From assembly GCA_951406725.2 (NCBI GenBank), contig OX597837.1:1054001-1118000 (forward strand): a stretch of 64,000 nucleotides of DNA. Direction: 5' to 3'. The position numbers and the translations under genes were made by a program. Below, one piece after another: positions 52,975-64,000 of the stretch (position 1 is the first letter of the stretch; every line of letters starts with the position of its first letter). Source of the DNA: Octopus vulgaris. Taxonomy: Eukaryota. The notes beneath the pieces were generated by a model that worked only from the letters and a program-made list of their open reading frames with translations, did no database searches and had not been told where the DNA came from.

Positions 52975-53067
52975 AAGTAAAGACCCTGAAGAAACTTCAA
53001 TATTATAGTAGAGTTGCAATTGTAACGGCTACTAATCGGTGCAGTAGAAACATGCGTAGGTTTACTT
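52975..53067 (+). ncRNA. Hammerhead-like motif with 54-nt stem II
   Basis: AGACC-CTGAAGA-(AACTTCA...TGCAGTA)-GAAA-CATGCG-TA-GGTTT. Stem I pairs and extends to AAGTAA/TTACTT; minimal stem III; the base of stem II is degenerate. Confidence 0.6.
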
Positions 53068-53074
53068 TAATCTG

Positions 53075-53140
<66 letters not shown>

Positions 53141-53141
53141 C

Positions 53142-53188
<47 letters not shown>

Positions 53189-53206
53189 CCTATCTATCTA
53201 TCTATA

Positions 53207-53248
<42 letters not shown>

Positions 53249-53257
53249 CCTATTAAC

Positions 53258-53327
<70 letters not shown>

Positions 53328-53345
53328 GTCTGTCTGTCTGTCTGT
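53075..53345. repeat. (TATC)n microsatellite
   Basis: Direct inspection. Confidence 0.97.
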
Positions 53346-53362
53346 TTGTCTATCTATCTACA

Positions 53363-53404
<42 letters not shown>

Positions 53405-53411
53405 TATGCAG

Positions 53412-53445
<34 letters not shown>

Positions 53446-53533
53446 GCACATATATACACATATATACACACACACACATATATATATACATATATATACA
53501 TATATGTACATATATATATACACACATATATGT

Positions 53534-53612
53534 ACCAGTTGAATACTGGGGTCGATGTAATTGACTTATCCCCTACCCCAGAATTTCAGGCCTTGTGCCT
53601 ATAGTAGAAAGT
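53534..53612 (+). mobile_element. SINE family A 3' fragment with (AAT)n tail
   Basis: GTACCAGTTGAATACTGGGGTCGATGTAAT..AATTTCAGGCCTTGTGCCTATAGTAGAAA. Confidence 0.85.
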
Positions 53613-53821
53613 ATAATAATAATAATAATTATTAGACTTCAGTTTTGTATCTGGTTTGCAAGATTCTTTATGTGAATTCGTGTGTTGAAACAAACGTTTT
53701 GTCTGGGGAGAGTCATATTGCCTTATATTTAACTCACACACACATACATACATACATAATACATACATAATACATACATAATACATACATACATACATAC
53801 ATACATACATACATACATACA

Positions 53822-53857
<36 letters not shown>

Positions 53858-54798
53858 TGAAGGTATACAAACACGTTTAAATTGCCGATTAGTATGTACT
53901 TGGTTATGTCGTAGAACCGGTTTCGCGTCTACTATTGCACTTGGCATTACTGACAACTCATCAGAGATGCCCTTCCTGAAGCACATTGTCTTCCCTCGCT
54001 AATTGTATTAGATGCTTATGTAGTCGTGATCAGTTACAGGACACTCTTTGGGCCACCCCATCATCGAGTTACCAGAATATCCAAGACGTGGCTGCAGGTG
54101 GGAGCGAACAGCTGCACGAATATCCAGCAGTGTAGATTGGGGTAAGGTGAAATGATAGGACTTGCCTGACGATGTAACGCGACGCCCGACAAAGGAATCG
54201 ATAATGAGCCGAACACCTAACCATCTGGTTACCGTTTTCACTGAGGCAGTGTATACATCTGTTTATAAACATTTGAAACTAAGATATTAAAACGTTAAAA
54301 AGAAAAAAAAAATGGTGATTAATGACATTCCCTTCCGAAATATCTCCTCCAAGTGGAAAAAATGTGTTGTGACGTTATTGATGTTTCATTATGGTGGGTG
54401 TGAGAAGTCGAATGACGTCAGTTGAAGCGGGGTTGTTGGTGTAAGGAAGTGGGATGAGGGAGAGGCGGAGAAATAATACGATGGAAGGAGTGGAGCTGTT
54501 GTTGACGAGGTATCAAGTGGGTTTATGTTTTAACTTGTTGTGGTGTGTTAGTTTACTCTCAAGTCAGACGCGATCCTACAGACCTATGCTTAAAGAGAGA
54601 CCAACCGTAACCACAGTGTCATTCAGTTCTTGTTTCCAGACAATATATTTAGCGGATAAGTGGCGAGATGTCGTTAGTGTTAATGAGACTACTTTGTGAT
54701 AATCATTCTCACACTCGGCACTCTAAAGTTCAGACCTCACTGAGGCCGATTTTATTTTACTTTTTTATCATTCGCTATCGTTTAATCAAGGACCAGTT

Positions 54799-55107
54799 CT
54801 GGAATCTAAACTAGATGGAATTTACATTCGAATGTTAAGAGAAGTCTTAGCCATATCTTGGAGACCTTATCTCACCAAGAAACAGCGGCATGAAAATTTC
54901 CCCTATTATAAGAAAGAGAGAGAGAGGCGATTACGCTTTGCTGGCGAACTAACCAAGAGCTGCCAAGTGCCCTACGCTATCATTGTCTGTAGATCAACTG
55001 ACCAGAGACCCTGGATGCCTCCTTGAAACCCTCCCTCAACAAATGCAGGACCAAGATGGATGGCATGTGCGAATTCAAAATGTCCGAACAAGCTCGACCG
55101 GATGATG
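54799..55107 (+). mobile_element. RTE-clade LINE 3' end, decayed
   Basis: LESKLDGIYIRMLREVLAISWRPYLTKKQRHENFP..ERRLRFAG matches the RTE pattern LDGxYTRMLRxxLxISW...RRLRFAGH; ends in GATGATGA. Confidence 0.82.
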
Positions 55108-56562
55108 AAAATCTCCATTATCCAACCTCATCTTTCATTTGTTAAAACAGTGAATGTAATTTAATGGAGATTTTAGCTACGAATTCTAGCTGGTCGAGTG
55201 CCTCAGTGGAAAGTCCGTTGTTGGATCATTTCAGTTCGCTGTTGTTATCGTTGTTGTTACTGTTGCTTCATATATTTTTATTGTTGCTGTTATTATATTT
55301 GCTTTGTTGTTGTTTCCAGTCATCCATGTGTAAGACAGACAGACTCCCCTCCCCCCCACATCAAACACTACTTCTTCATCTCACATTACAACCAGGACAT
55401 GATGGAATGTCGTTCACCCAATAACGTCATCAACTTTCTTTCTCTCCCCTATTGTCTTTCTTTCTTTCTCGCTTTCTTTTCTTTCCTTCTTTCTTTCGCT
55501 TTCTTTCTCTACCCCCTCCCCCACTGAATATTTTCCCATCCCTCTGAAAATTCAGCCCCCTCCTTTAATTCTTCCTTTTCATTCAATCTCTCATTCTTTC
55601 TGTCTTTCTTCGCTTTCATTACAAAATTTTCCTTCCTCGTCTTTCATTCTCTTTCGCTCTTTTTCTCTTTCTTTATTTCTATCGCCCTTCCTTACATCCT
55701 TCCACCTTTTCTCCCCAGAAGTCTTCCCTCTTCATCCCTATATTCTTTAGTTTTTCTCTTTTCTTTGCTTTTCTTTGCTTTCTTTAATTTCGTGTTGTTT
55801 TTTCTTCTTCAATTGCTTTTATATCTTAATTTGCGTCACAAGTGTGCCATACCGTCACACACACACACACACACACACACTGTCTGCTCTCATTTATCTT
55901 CACGGCATCACCTTGCAAGCTCATCCCCTATTTCACTCTCTCTCTCTCATTCTCTTCCTCTATCTTTCACTTCCTTTCTCTTTCTCCCTAACAGCACCAT
56001 CCAATCCCTTTTCCCACAATCAGAGACACGCACCTTGCTCTTCGCCCCCACCTACCACCACGCCGTGCCTCCACCTCGTCTCACTCCAACTCACCTCTCT
56101 CCCTCCTCTCGTCGCAACCACATTGCATCCCCCTCCACTGTTCTTCCTCCTCCCACCACACCCCACGCAAACATCATACCCCACCAAATCCAACCACTTC
56201 GCCATCTATTCCACCGACACACCATTACACACACACACACACACAGTGAACGCCTCCTTTACGTACACCTATCACTGCAACAACACACAAACATACACTC
56301 CTGCACGTGCCTCATATACTCCACTTTCATACACATATATCCCTTCATTACCACACACATGTATCTCTCTCTCTATATATATATGTATGCACACATACAT
56401 ATATAGATATACACACACATATACACACAATTATTTCATGTCACTATATTAACCGATATATATTCCATAAATTCTCCGCTACACATACACACATACTTTT
56501 AGACACGTCAATCAATACATAAACGCGCACATATATACATTCCCTGTTCACACACACACACA

Positions 56563-56611
<49 letters not shown>

Positions 56612-56618
56612 TGTATAC

Positions 56619-56655
<37 letters not shown>

Positions 56656-56656
56656 C

Positions 56657-56707
<51 letters not shown>

Positions 56708-56933
56708 ACATATATATACATATATATATATACACATATATATATACAGATGCACATACTGTCTGGTCGCTTCACCTTTTGTCTGCATTCCTATCTGTCT
56801 GTCTGTCGACCCCCTCCCCACCCGCATCACACATTCACTCACACACACGCACATTACTACACGCATCGCTACATAAACACGCAAACTACATTAAACACGC
56901 ACAAACCACTTCACACGCGCAAACTGTTTGTGC

Positions 56934-56978
<45 letters not shown>

Positions 56979-58009
56979 CATAGAGAGAGAGAGACCACTA
57001 TAGACACATACTGATATATATATATATATATATGCACACACACATCGCACGCACACACACATACCTCTAGACACCAAACACAGAGATCAATATACATACG
57101 CCGACTATTATGTATATATACACACGTCTCCCTCTACACATGCGTTAATGCACACAATTTCATCGCATATATACACATGCAACTATATACATACACACAA
57201 TGCAACACTCACGCGCGTATACACACACACACACGGCTACATATACACATATACCATCAGTAAATACATACACACACACTACACATATACACATATACAC
57301 ACAGAATTATCTACACATCATTACACACATAGTACTACATAAGTATACACATCACTACATACCCACTACATACCCACATGCACAGCACTATATAATACAC
57401 ATGCATACACACTCACTTACACCTCCTCCTCATCATCCTCCTCCCATTAGATAATATGTATCTGGAAAACAATACGAAATGGTCATCGATGGAACGTCTT
57501 TGACCATAAATCTAATTCAGTAGAGATATCCTGGGGTTAAATAAAGAAGCAAAACAAAAATGGAAGCCGTTACGTGGTTGCTCAATATGCTGGAAATTGC
57601 AGCCTATGTCTCCCTCATTCTAAAATTCGAAGAGCACATTAGATAATGTAGTCTTGGATGGACTCCATTACTCTTTACAAGAAATGAAAGGACGGTCATA
57701 TCTGGCAGGCCTTTGATCATCAGTCTGCACACCCACGCCTGATCTGGAGTTCAACACCACCACCACCTCTATCACAAATAACAAGACCACCATCACTAAC
57801 AACAACAACAACATGCCGTATAAAAATGTGCTCTTCTATCTTTATTAGAAATCTTTGAGACCGTTGACGGCAAGAATTGGTTAAGAGGCGGATATCATGA
57901 TTATCATAATTTAATTACGTCTCTTTATTGGTCTGTTGAGGCCAGTTGACCTTTTCCCTCTCTTTTTTTTTTTGGTTACCTCTGGCACCAGTACATTGTT
58001 TTTTAAAGA

Positions 58010-58225
58010 TTGATCGGACTCCTTTGCTAAACCACCAACTTACTGACTTGTAAACAAGTCAACATATCGGTTTTCAAGTATATAGTGGGCTTCCACGCAG
58101 TTTCCACCTGTCAAATCCACTCACAAGGCATTGGTCAGACCGGGGCTACAGTAGGAGACACTCAAGATGTCGCGCAGCGGGACTGAAACCGAAACTGCAC
58201 AGCTGCAAAGCAAATTTCTTAATCA
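58010..58225 (-). mobile_element. SINE family B, diverged
   Basis: CAGTTTCC..CAAATCCACTCACAAGGCATTGGTC..GCAGCGGGACTGAA. Confidence 0.75.
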
Positions 58226-58355
58226 CACAATTTTGCATGTTATAGTACGACAGCAAATAGTTTTAGTGGTGGGCTGGGCTGGACTGGAAATAGTTTTTGT
58301 ATCTTGCAAGTCGGAGTGAATAAATAAAATGTATATATATATATGCTTTTTATAG

Positions 58356-58474
58356 CTTTGCCTTTCATCCTTTCGGGGTCGATAAATTAAGTACCAGTTG
58401 CGTACTGGAGTTGATCTAATCGACTGGCCCCCTCCCCCAAAATTTCGGGCATTGTGCCTAGAGTAGAAAAGAAT
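58356..58474 (+). mobile_element. SINE family A 3' half, young
   Basis: CTTTGCCTTTCATCCTTTCGGGGTCGATAAATTAAGTACCAGTTGCGTACTGG..TTGTGCCTAGAGTAGAAAAG. Confidence 0.92.
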
Positions 58475-58701
58475 TACAGCCAGCTGACCGAAAGTGACCC
58501 GAGACCCGTACTTTGTCGAGCTCATAACCCAAAGCTGTGAAACCTAACCTTCTCCAAAATCTGGGACACAATATTTTGGGGGGAAAAACTTCAATGTCCG
58601 CTATACAAAATTTTACTTTTTAATCGCAATTTGCGACAAAAAATAGTAGGATTTATTTTCAGTTAAAAATGGAATTACAAGTTCTGTAATGAGATAAATA
58701 T

Positions 58702-59090
58702 ATTTTATCTTAGCTTTCACTTGTTTGTTGTTAGACTGCGGCCATACCGGAGCACTGCCTTGAATGTTCTTGTCGAATGAAGCGACACTGGTACTCATTC
58801 CTTTTTGGAACCTGGTACTTATTCTGTTGTTTTCTTTTGCCGAACCGCCAAGTTACTGGGATGTTAACACACCAACACCGATTGTCAAACGGTGGTGGGA
58901 GACAAACACAGATGCTCACATAGTTATATATACGACGGGTTTCTTTCAGTTTCCATCTACCAAATCCACTCACAAGGCTTTGGTCGGCCCCGAGGCTATA
59001 GTAGAAGACACTTGCCCAAGGTGCCATGCAACGGGACTGAACCCGAAACTATGTAGTTGGGAAGCATACGTCTCAACACACAGCCATGCT
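58702..59090 (-). mobile_element. SINE family B, full length
   Basis: TTCTTTCAGTTTCCATCTACCAAATCCACTCACAAGGCTTTGGTCGGCCCCGAGGCTATAGTAGAAGACACTTGCCCAAGGTGCCA. Confidence 0.92.
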
Positions 59091-59566
59091 TGGCTATATT
59101 TATTCATTAAAAACAGTTGATCGAAATACAATTTCATCGAACAGTCGACCGAAAAAGAAGTAACTGATCGAAGTCAAGCCTGCTAGGATCGACAAAAGAA
59201 TTGCAGAAAATACTAAGAATTGGCTGGTATTTCTAGCAGATCAGGTGATTGGAATTAGGAATCTGTGGTGAGTGTACATGTGTCGATTTAAGCGATTCTA
59301 CCCTTGCCTCAAACGTTTGTGACTATGATTATTATCATCACCATCACTATAGCCATCACCATCATCATCACTATTATCGCAGTCGTTTTCGTTGTCGCTG
59401 TCATCACCATCGTCATCATCATCATAACCGTCTTTATCATCACTACTATCATCATCATTATCATCATCGCCGCTGTAGTTATGTGCGGATGTAATTTTCG
59501 ACCATAAATTAAGAGCATTTCGGTTGGAATACCGCGGGCGTGTGCAATGGTGGATAAGTTCTGAGA

Positions 59567-59627
59567 TGCACCAATGCATTCTGGGCAAAGTGCACTAGTG
59601 CATTCTGGGAATAGTGCACCAGTGCAT
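59567..59627. repeat. 24-bp tandem repeat x2.5 containing ZNF143/Staf-like motifs
   Basis: TGCACCAATGCATTCTGGGCAAAG / TGCACTAGTGCATTCTGGGAATAG / TGCACCAGTGCAT; reverse complement gives TTCCCAGAATGCA. Confidence 0.7.
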
Positions 59628-59837
59628 GGTGCATGAAAAAAAGATGGCTGACCATTAAAGTTTTAATATTTCAATTTAATTTTCTTTCCACCTTACTTTC
59701 ACTTTCTTTTTCTCTTTGTTCATTCCGCCTCTCTTTCTTTGTCGTTCTGTGTCTCCTTCTCACCTCTCTCTCCTTTTATCTTCTTCTGTCTTTTCCTCTT
59801 TCTCACTTACCGTCTTTGTTTTTCTTTGTCTTCTTTT

Positions 59838-59884
<47 letters not shown>

Positions 59885-60065
59885 TTGTTTCTGTCTGGCT
59901 GTCTGTCTCAAATTCTTTCTTCCTTTCTTTCTTTCCGACTGTTTTAAAATAACGCCATATTTTGAAATTCCTTCTAAATCCACACATTCTTAATCGACCG
60001 CAACCATAACAACAAGACGACAACAACAACAACTACTCCTCCTCCTCCTCCTCCTCCTCCTCCTC

Positions 60066-60107
<42 letters not shown>

Positions 60108-60179
60108 TTAATAATAATAATAATAATGCATTACTGCCACCAGAAATGCCTCTGACACCAAAACTTACTCCTCGAGATG

Positions 60180-60576
60180 TAGACCATCATTATCATCATC
60201 ATCATCATCAACATCATCAACATCATCATTATCACCATCACAGTTTCCATCCCGGCACCACTTTCGTCACCATCACCACTGACATCAACATTTAAATCAC
60301 CATTATCATCCACGTTCTTATTCTCTTCAGCGTCTTCAAGAACATCATCATCATCATCATCATGATTATCGTCATCACCATTATCGCTATTAATAACAAT
60401 GCTATCTCTCCACCATCCCCCCATACCCCCCACCAATACTCATGATTTTCTTCAACAATCGCAACGTCAATATCTTCGCTGTTACCATGATCATCATCGC
60501 AATCGTTCACCAATCACCGTCATCACGATTTCCATCATCATCACTACAACAACCACCCTATCATCATCATCATAAT

Positions 60577-60608
<32 letters not shown>

Positions 60609-60805
60609 CCACCACCACCATCATCATCATCATCACCACCATCATCATCACCACCAAATATCGTCATTCCTTTTGCACAAATTTCAATCATGATCGCTAC
60701 AACATCCACCACCGCCATCCTCATAACCACCACCACTATCATCACCACCACCACCATCATCATTATCACCCCAAACATCAACATCCTCATCATCATCACA
60801 ACCAT
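60180..60805. repeat. Degenerate (ATC)n/(ACC)n trinucleotide low-complexity tract
   Basis: Source of the poly-His, poly-Asp and poly-Met pseudo-ORFs. Confidence 0.9.
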
Positions 60806-61420
60806 AAACAAACTTAATCATTGTGGACAATAAAGAAAAGAAAATACTCTGATTAAATAAATGAATAAATAAATAAATAAATACAAAAAACAAATGAATA
60901 CAAATAATACAAGTAAGGAAATTTAATAAATAAAACACAAGAAAAATATTTAAAAAGATTTGTATTTAAAAAAAAATTCTTTAAAAGTAAAAATATTAAA
61001 ATTGTTTTTCGTGAAACAACTGGAGTTGAACTTGGGAACATTACATGACAAATCAACATTAATTTAGATTTTTAACAAAAACTGTTTTTATGAGTATTTT
61101 TAGACTTCGGCTATTCTTCCTTACCATCTCTCTGTCTTTGTTTCTCTCTCTCTCTCTCTCTCTCTCACTCTCTCTCCATGCATACTCCTATCTTTTGTAT
61201 ATAACTTTCTCTCTCTTTCTATCTTCTTTCTCTTTGTCTTCCCCTCACTACTACATCTCGCATCCTTCTCTTTTTCTCTCCTCTCACTTTTACCTCTGAC
61301 ACCCTTTCCTGCCTCCTCTCACTTCACTGTTTTCTCCTCTCTATCTCATTAAGTCTTATTTTTTCATTTGCTACCTCCATCCCTCGCTCTCTTTCTCACT
61401 CTCATTCACTCTCTCTCTCT

Positions 61421-61451
<31 letters not shown>

Positions 61452-62251
61452 GCACACCCTCACACACATTCATTGTCTGTCTGTCTCTCCCACGTTCCTG
61501 TGTTGTGTGACTTGAGTTTCACGCCATTGCGATCATAAGGCGAGAATATTTGCATTAAACTGAAGTTATGAGAGAAAGCAATTCATTTAGAATAAATGAA
61601 ATGCGTAACATGTATTGAGAACTATTTTCTACTTTCGTTGACAATTCAGATCACTTGAATGCACAAATGTGTGTGCGTGTCCTGATGCGCGCGGGTGCAT
61701 ATATATATATATATCTAGTACGCGCGTGTGTATGTACAAACAGTATTTATGTGCCGATATATGCGGACGTGTGTTTGTTGAAGCACATATACACGAAATT
61801 GAAATATGGAGGGCTGAAACAAAACGGTGGGTTGGCACGAAAATGTATAGCTGTGACATATGGAAGGAAATATTAGAAGAGAGAGCACGAAGGAGGAGGA
61901 GAAGGAGAAGAAGAAATATGGAGGAAGGAATTACGGGTGATGGAGTTTGGGAAGGGAAAGAAACGGCAGATGCACTGTCTGGGAGATCAGTTCTGATGGT
62001 TTACCACCACCAACCGTCACCGATACCACAGCCACGTGGAACTAGTCACGTGACCAACGTGGAATGTGATATTGACACTTGTGCTCATTTGTGTTTTCAT
62101 AGCGTTGTCACGACACCCAAAACAAATACAATTATATATATATGTGTGTGTGTCATTCATAAATATATATATAGATATACATATATGTATGTATGTATGT
62201 ATATGGGTCTTTCATTGTCTCTTACTCACGGTGTTTTCTCGCTCTCTCTGT

Positions 62252-62308
<57 letters not shown>

Positions 62309-62748
62309 GACTATCTCTCTCTGTCCCTCTCTTTGTCTTTTACTTTCTCTTTGTCTTTCTTTTCCTTTCTCATTGTTTCTCTCCCCCTCTCTATTTCCTT
62401 CCCTCTCTGCTTCGATTATCAGTCACTATCTGTCTCTTTTCTCTCTCTCTCTCTCTCTCTCTCAGTCAACCTAGAACTACATTATCCAACGTGTCATTAT
62501 GGAAGACGACATACTGTGATCTGAAAGAGATTTGGCTGGTCTTTCTAGCAAATTGTGTAAGCACCGCGAGAGCCAGTTCTGGGTTCCTGCAAAACCTTAA
62601 TATAAATGTGTATCAGCTCTATTAAAAGTGGTGAATGTTCTTTTCTTCCACTTGTAGACACATCCATTGTGTGTGCGTCTATAAATATATGTACGGATAT
62701 ATATATGTATATACATAGATACTTCTAAGTACAAATGCATATAGCTAC

Positions 62749-62841
<93 letters not shown>

Positions 62842-62914
62842 TTATGCACGCACATATCTGCATGTAATGTACCACACACACGCATACATGTGTGTGTGTA
62901 TATATAATACATAC

Positions 62915-62951
<37 letters not shown>

Positions 62952-63344
62952 AACGCACGTACGCGCGCGCTCTCTCTTACACCCTGCTGTAGTCAAATTA
63001 TATATACCCGCGTCTGTTTGTATATGTCAAGATAAACATCATTTCTATATCCTTGACGTGGCAAAATATTTTGTTAACAGATCAATATCTTCAAAGTCAA
63101 CATGATCCATATCTGCTTAACACACACGTTGAACCGATGAAAGCTTGTACGGAGCTAACTGTTTTTCTAGAAATAGCAGTCTGGTCTCCCTCAAATATCA
63201 GTTTTTTTCTCAGTGGGGAGGGTATGGAACTAAAAAGCTGAAAGGTTTAAATAACTATTTTCTGTGGTGTGGAGAAGAGCTTTATATGCAAAGTACGAAT
63301 TTTGTGTAGAATTGTATGGCTGTATAACAAGAGGTTAATATACA

Positions 63345-63492
63345 GAGGTGTGTAGAAATAGTGCATATTCCCAACCGCATGGTTCAGGGTTCAGTCTCAT
63401 AGCGTCGCACCTTGGCCAAGTGTCTTCTACTCTAAGCTTTGGGCCGATCAAAACTTTGGCTTTCATACACGGAAACTGAAAGAAGCCCGTCC
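63345..63492 (+). mobile_element. SINE family B 5' half
   Basis: CATGGTTCAGGGTTCAGTCTC..CACCTTGGCCAAGTGTCTTCTACT..CGGAAACTGAAAGAAGCCCGTC. Confidence 0.85.
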
Positions 63493-63551
63493 TCTCTCTC
63501 CACACATAGACACACACACATATATTTATATGGGGTGTGCTTTCTGTTTGT

Positions 63552-63605
<54 letters not shown>

Positions 63606-64000
63606 TATGTATGTATGTAAAGTGTGTTTGCCTGTTTGCATTGATGTAGATCTGTCAGTACACATCCAGTGCCAGGGTTGCTATCGGTTGTGTTTCATGT
63701 TAAAATGAAACAATTTCAAGAACACATCAGAACAGATCAATGCCTTTAGAACATTCGATGCTTTTGTTGTCCTTAATCCTGTCCTTCTCCCTCCACCTCT
63801 CTTTCCATTTGTATACGCTGTTATACACTAACAGGATTCTCCATACACAACATGAAGAATCCTGCTAGGTTCAGCCATCTTTGTTTTGCATCGATCTGTT
63901 TGAACAGCGGTCATTTTCATCTGTGTTAATCGATAACGTCGATCACATTACTTAGTCTCTACATTTTCTTTTGAATTCAGTTTGTCAAATGGCTAAGTCC

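Noticed and set aside
53933-53955. miR-92-like TATTGCACTTG
   Set aside because: The 3' half differs from miR-92 and the upstream arm pairs poorly; better explained as part of a decayed hammerhead stem on the opposite strand.

Overview
Eukaryotic, AT-rich, intronic or intergenic DNA saturated with microsatellites ((TA)n, (CA)n, (TATC)n, (ATT)n, (TTC)n, (ATC)n). The tRNA-derived SINE families and repeat landscape look like an Octopus (coleoid cephalopod) genome; this is inference from repeat content. I can identify no host protein-coding gene. Nearly all ORF-track entries are microsatellite translations, and the few recognisable peptides are transposon relics: an R4/Dong-type REL endonuclease tail, RTE/Rex3 LINE 3' ends (one with three C2H2 fingers), a Tc1 HTH and a piggyBac N-terminus. 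Other mobile DNA includes three SINE families, one (AAC)n-tailed family, Helitrons, a Helentron-like element, Tigger/pogo MITEs and a hAT-Charlie MITE with a perfect 8-bp TSD. The most interesting signal is a dispersed set of type I hammerhead-ribozyme motifs, from near-intact to decayed, in Penelope-like termini. One sits in a perfect 122-bp palindrome that encodes a ribozyme on both strands, and others have unusually long stem II insertions. Unique islands carry recurring YY1/Pho motifs, a strong CTCF motif and a tandem ZNF143/Staf-like motif. Coordinates of degenerate repeats are approximate (read by eye).
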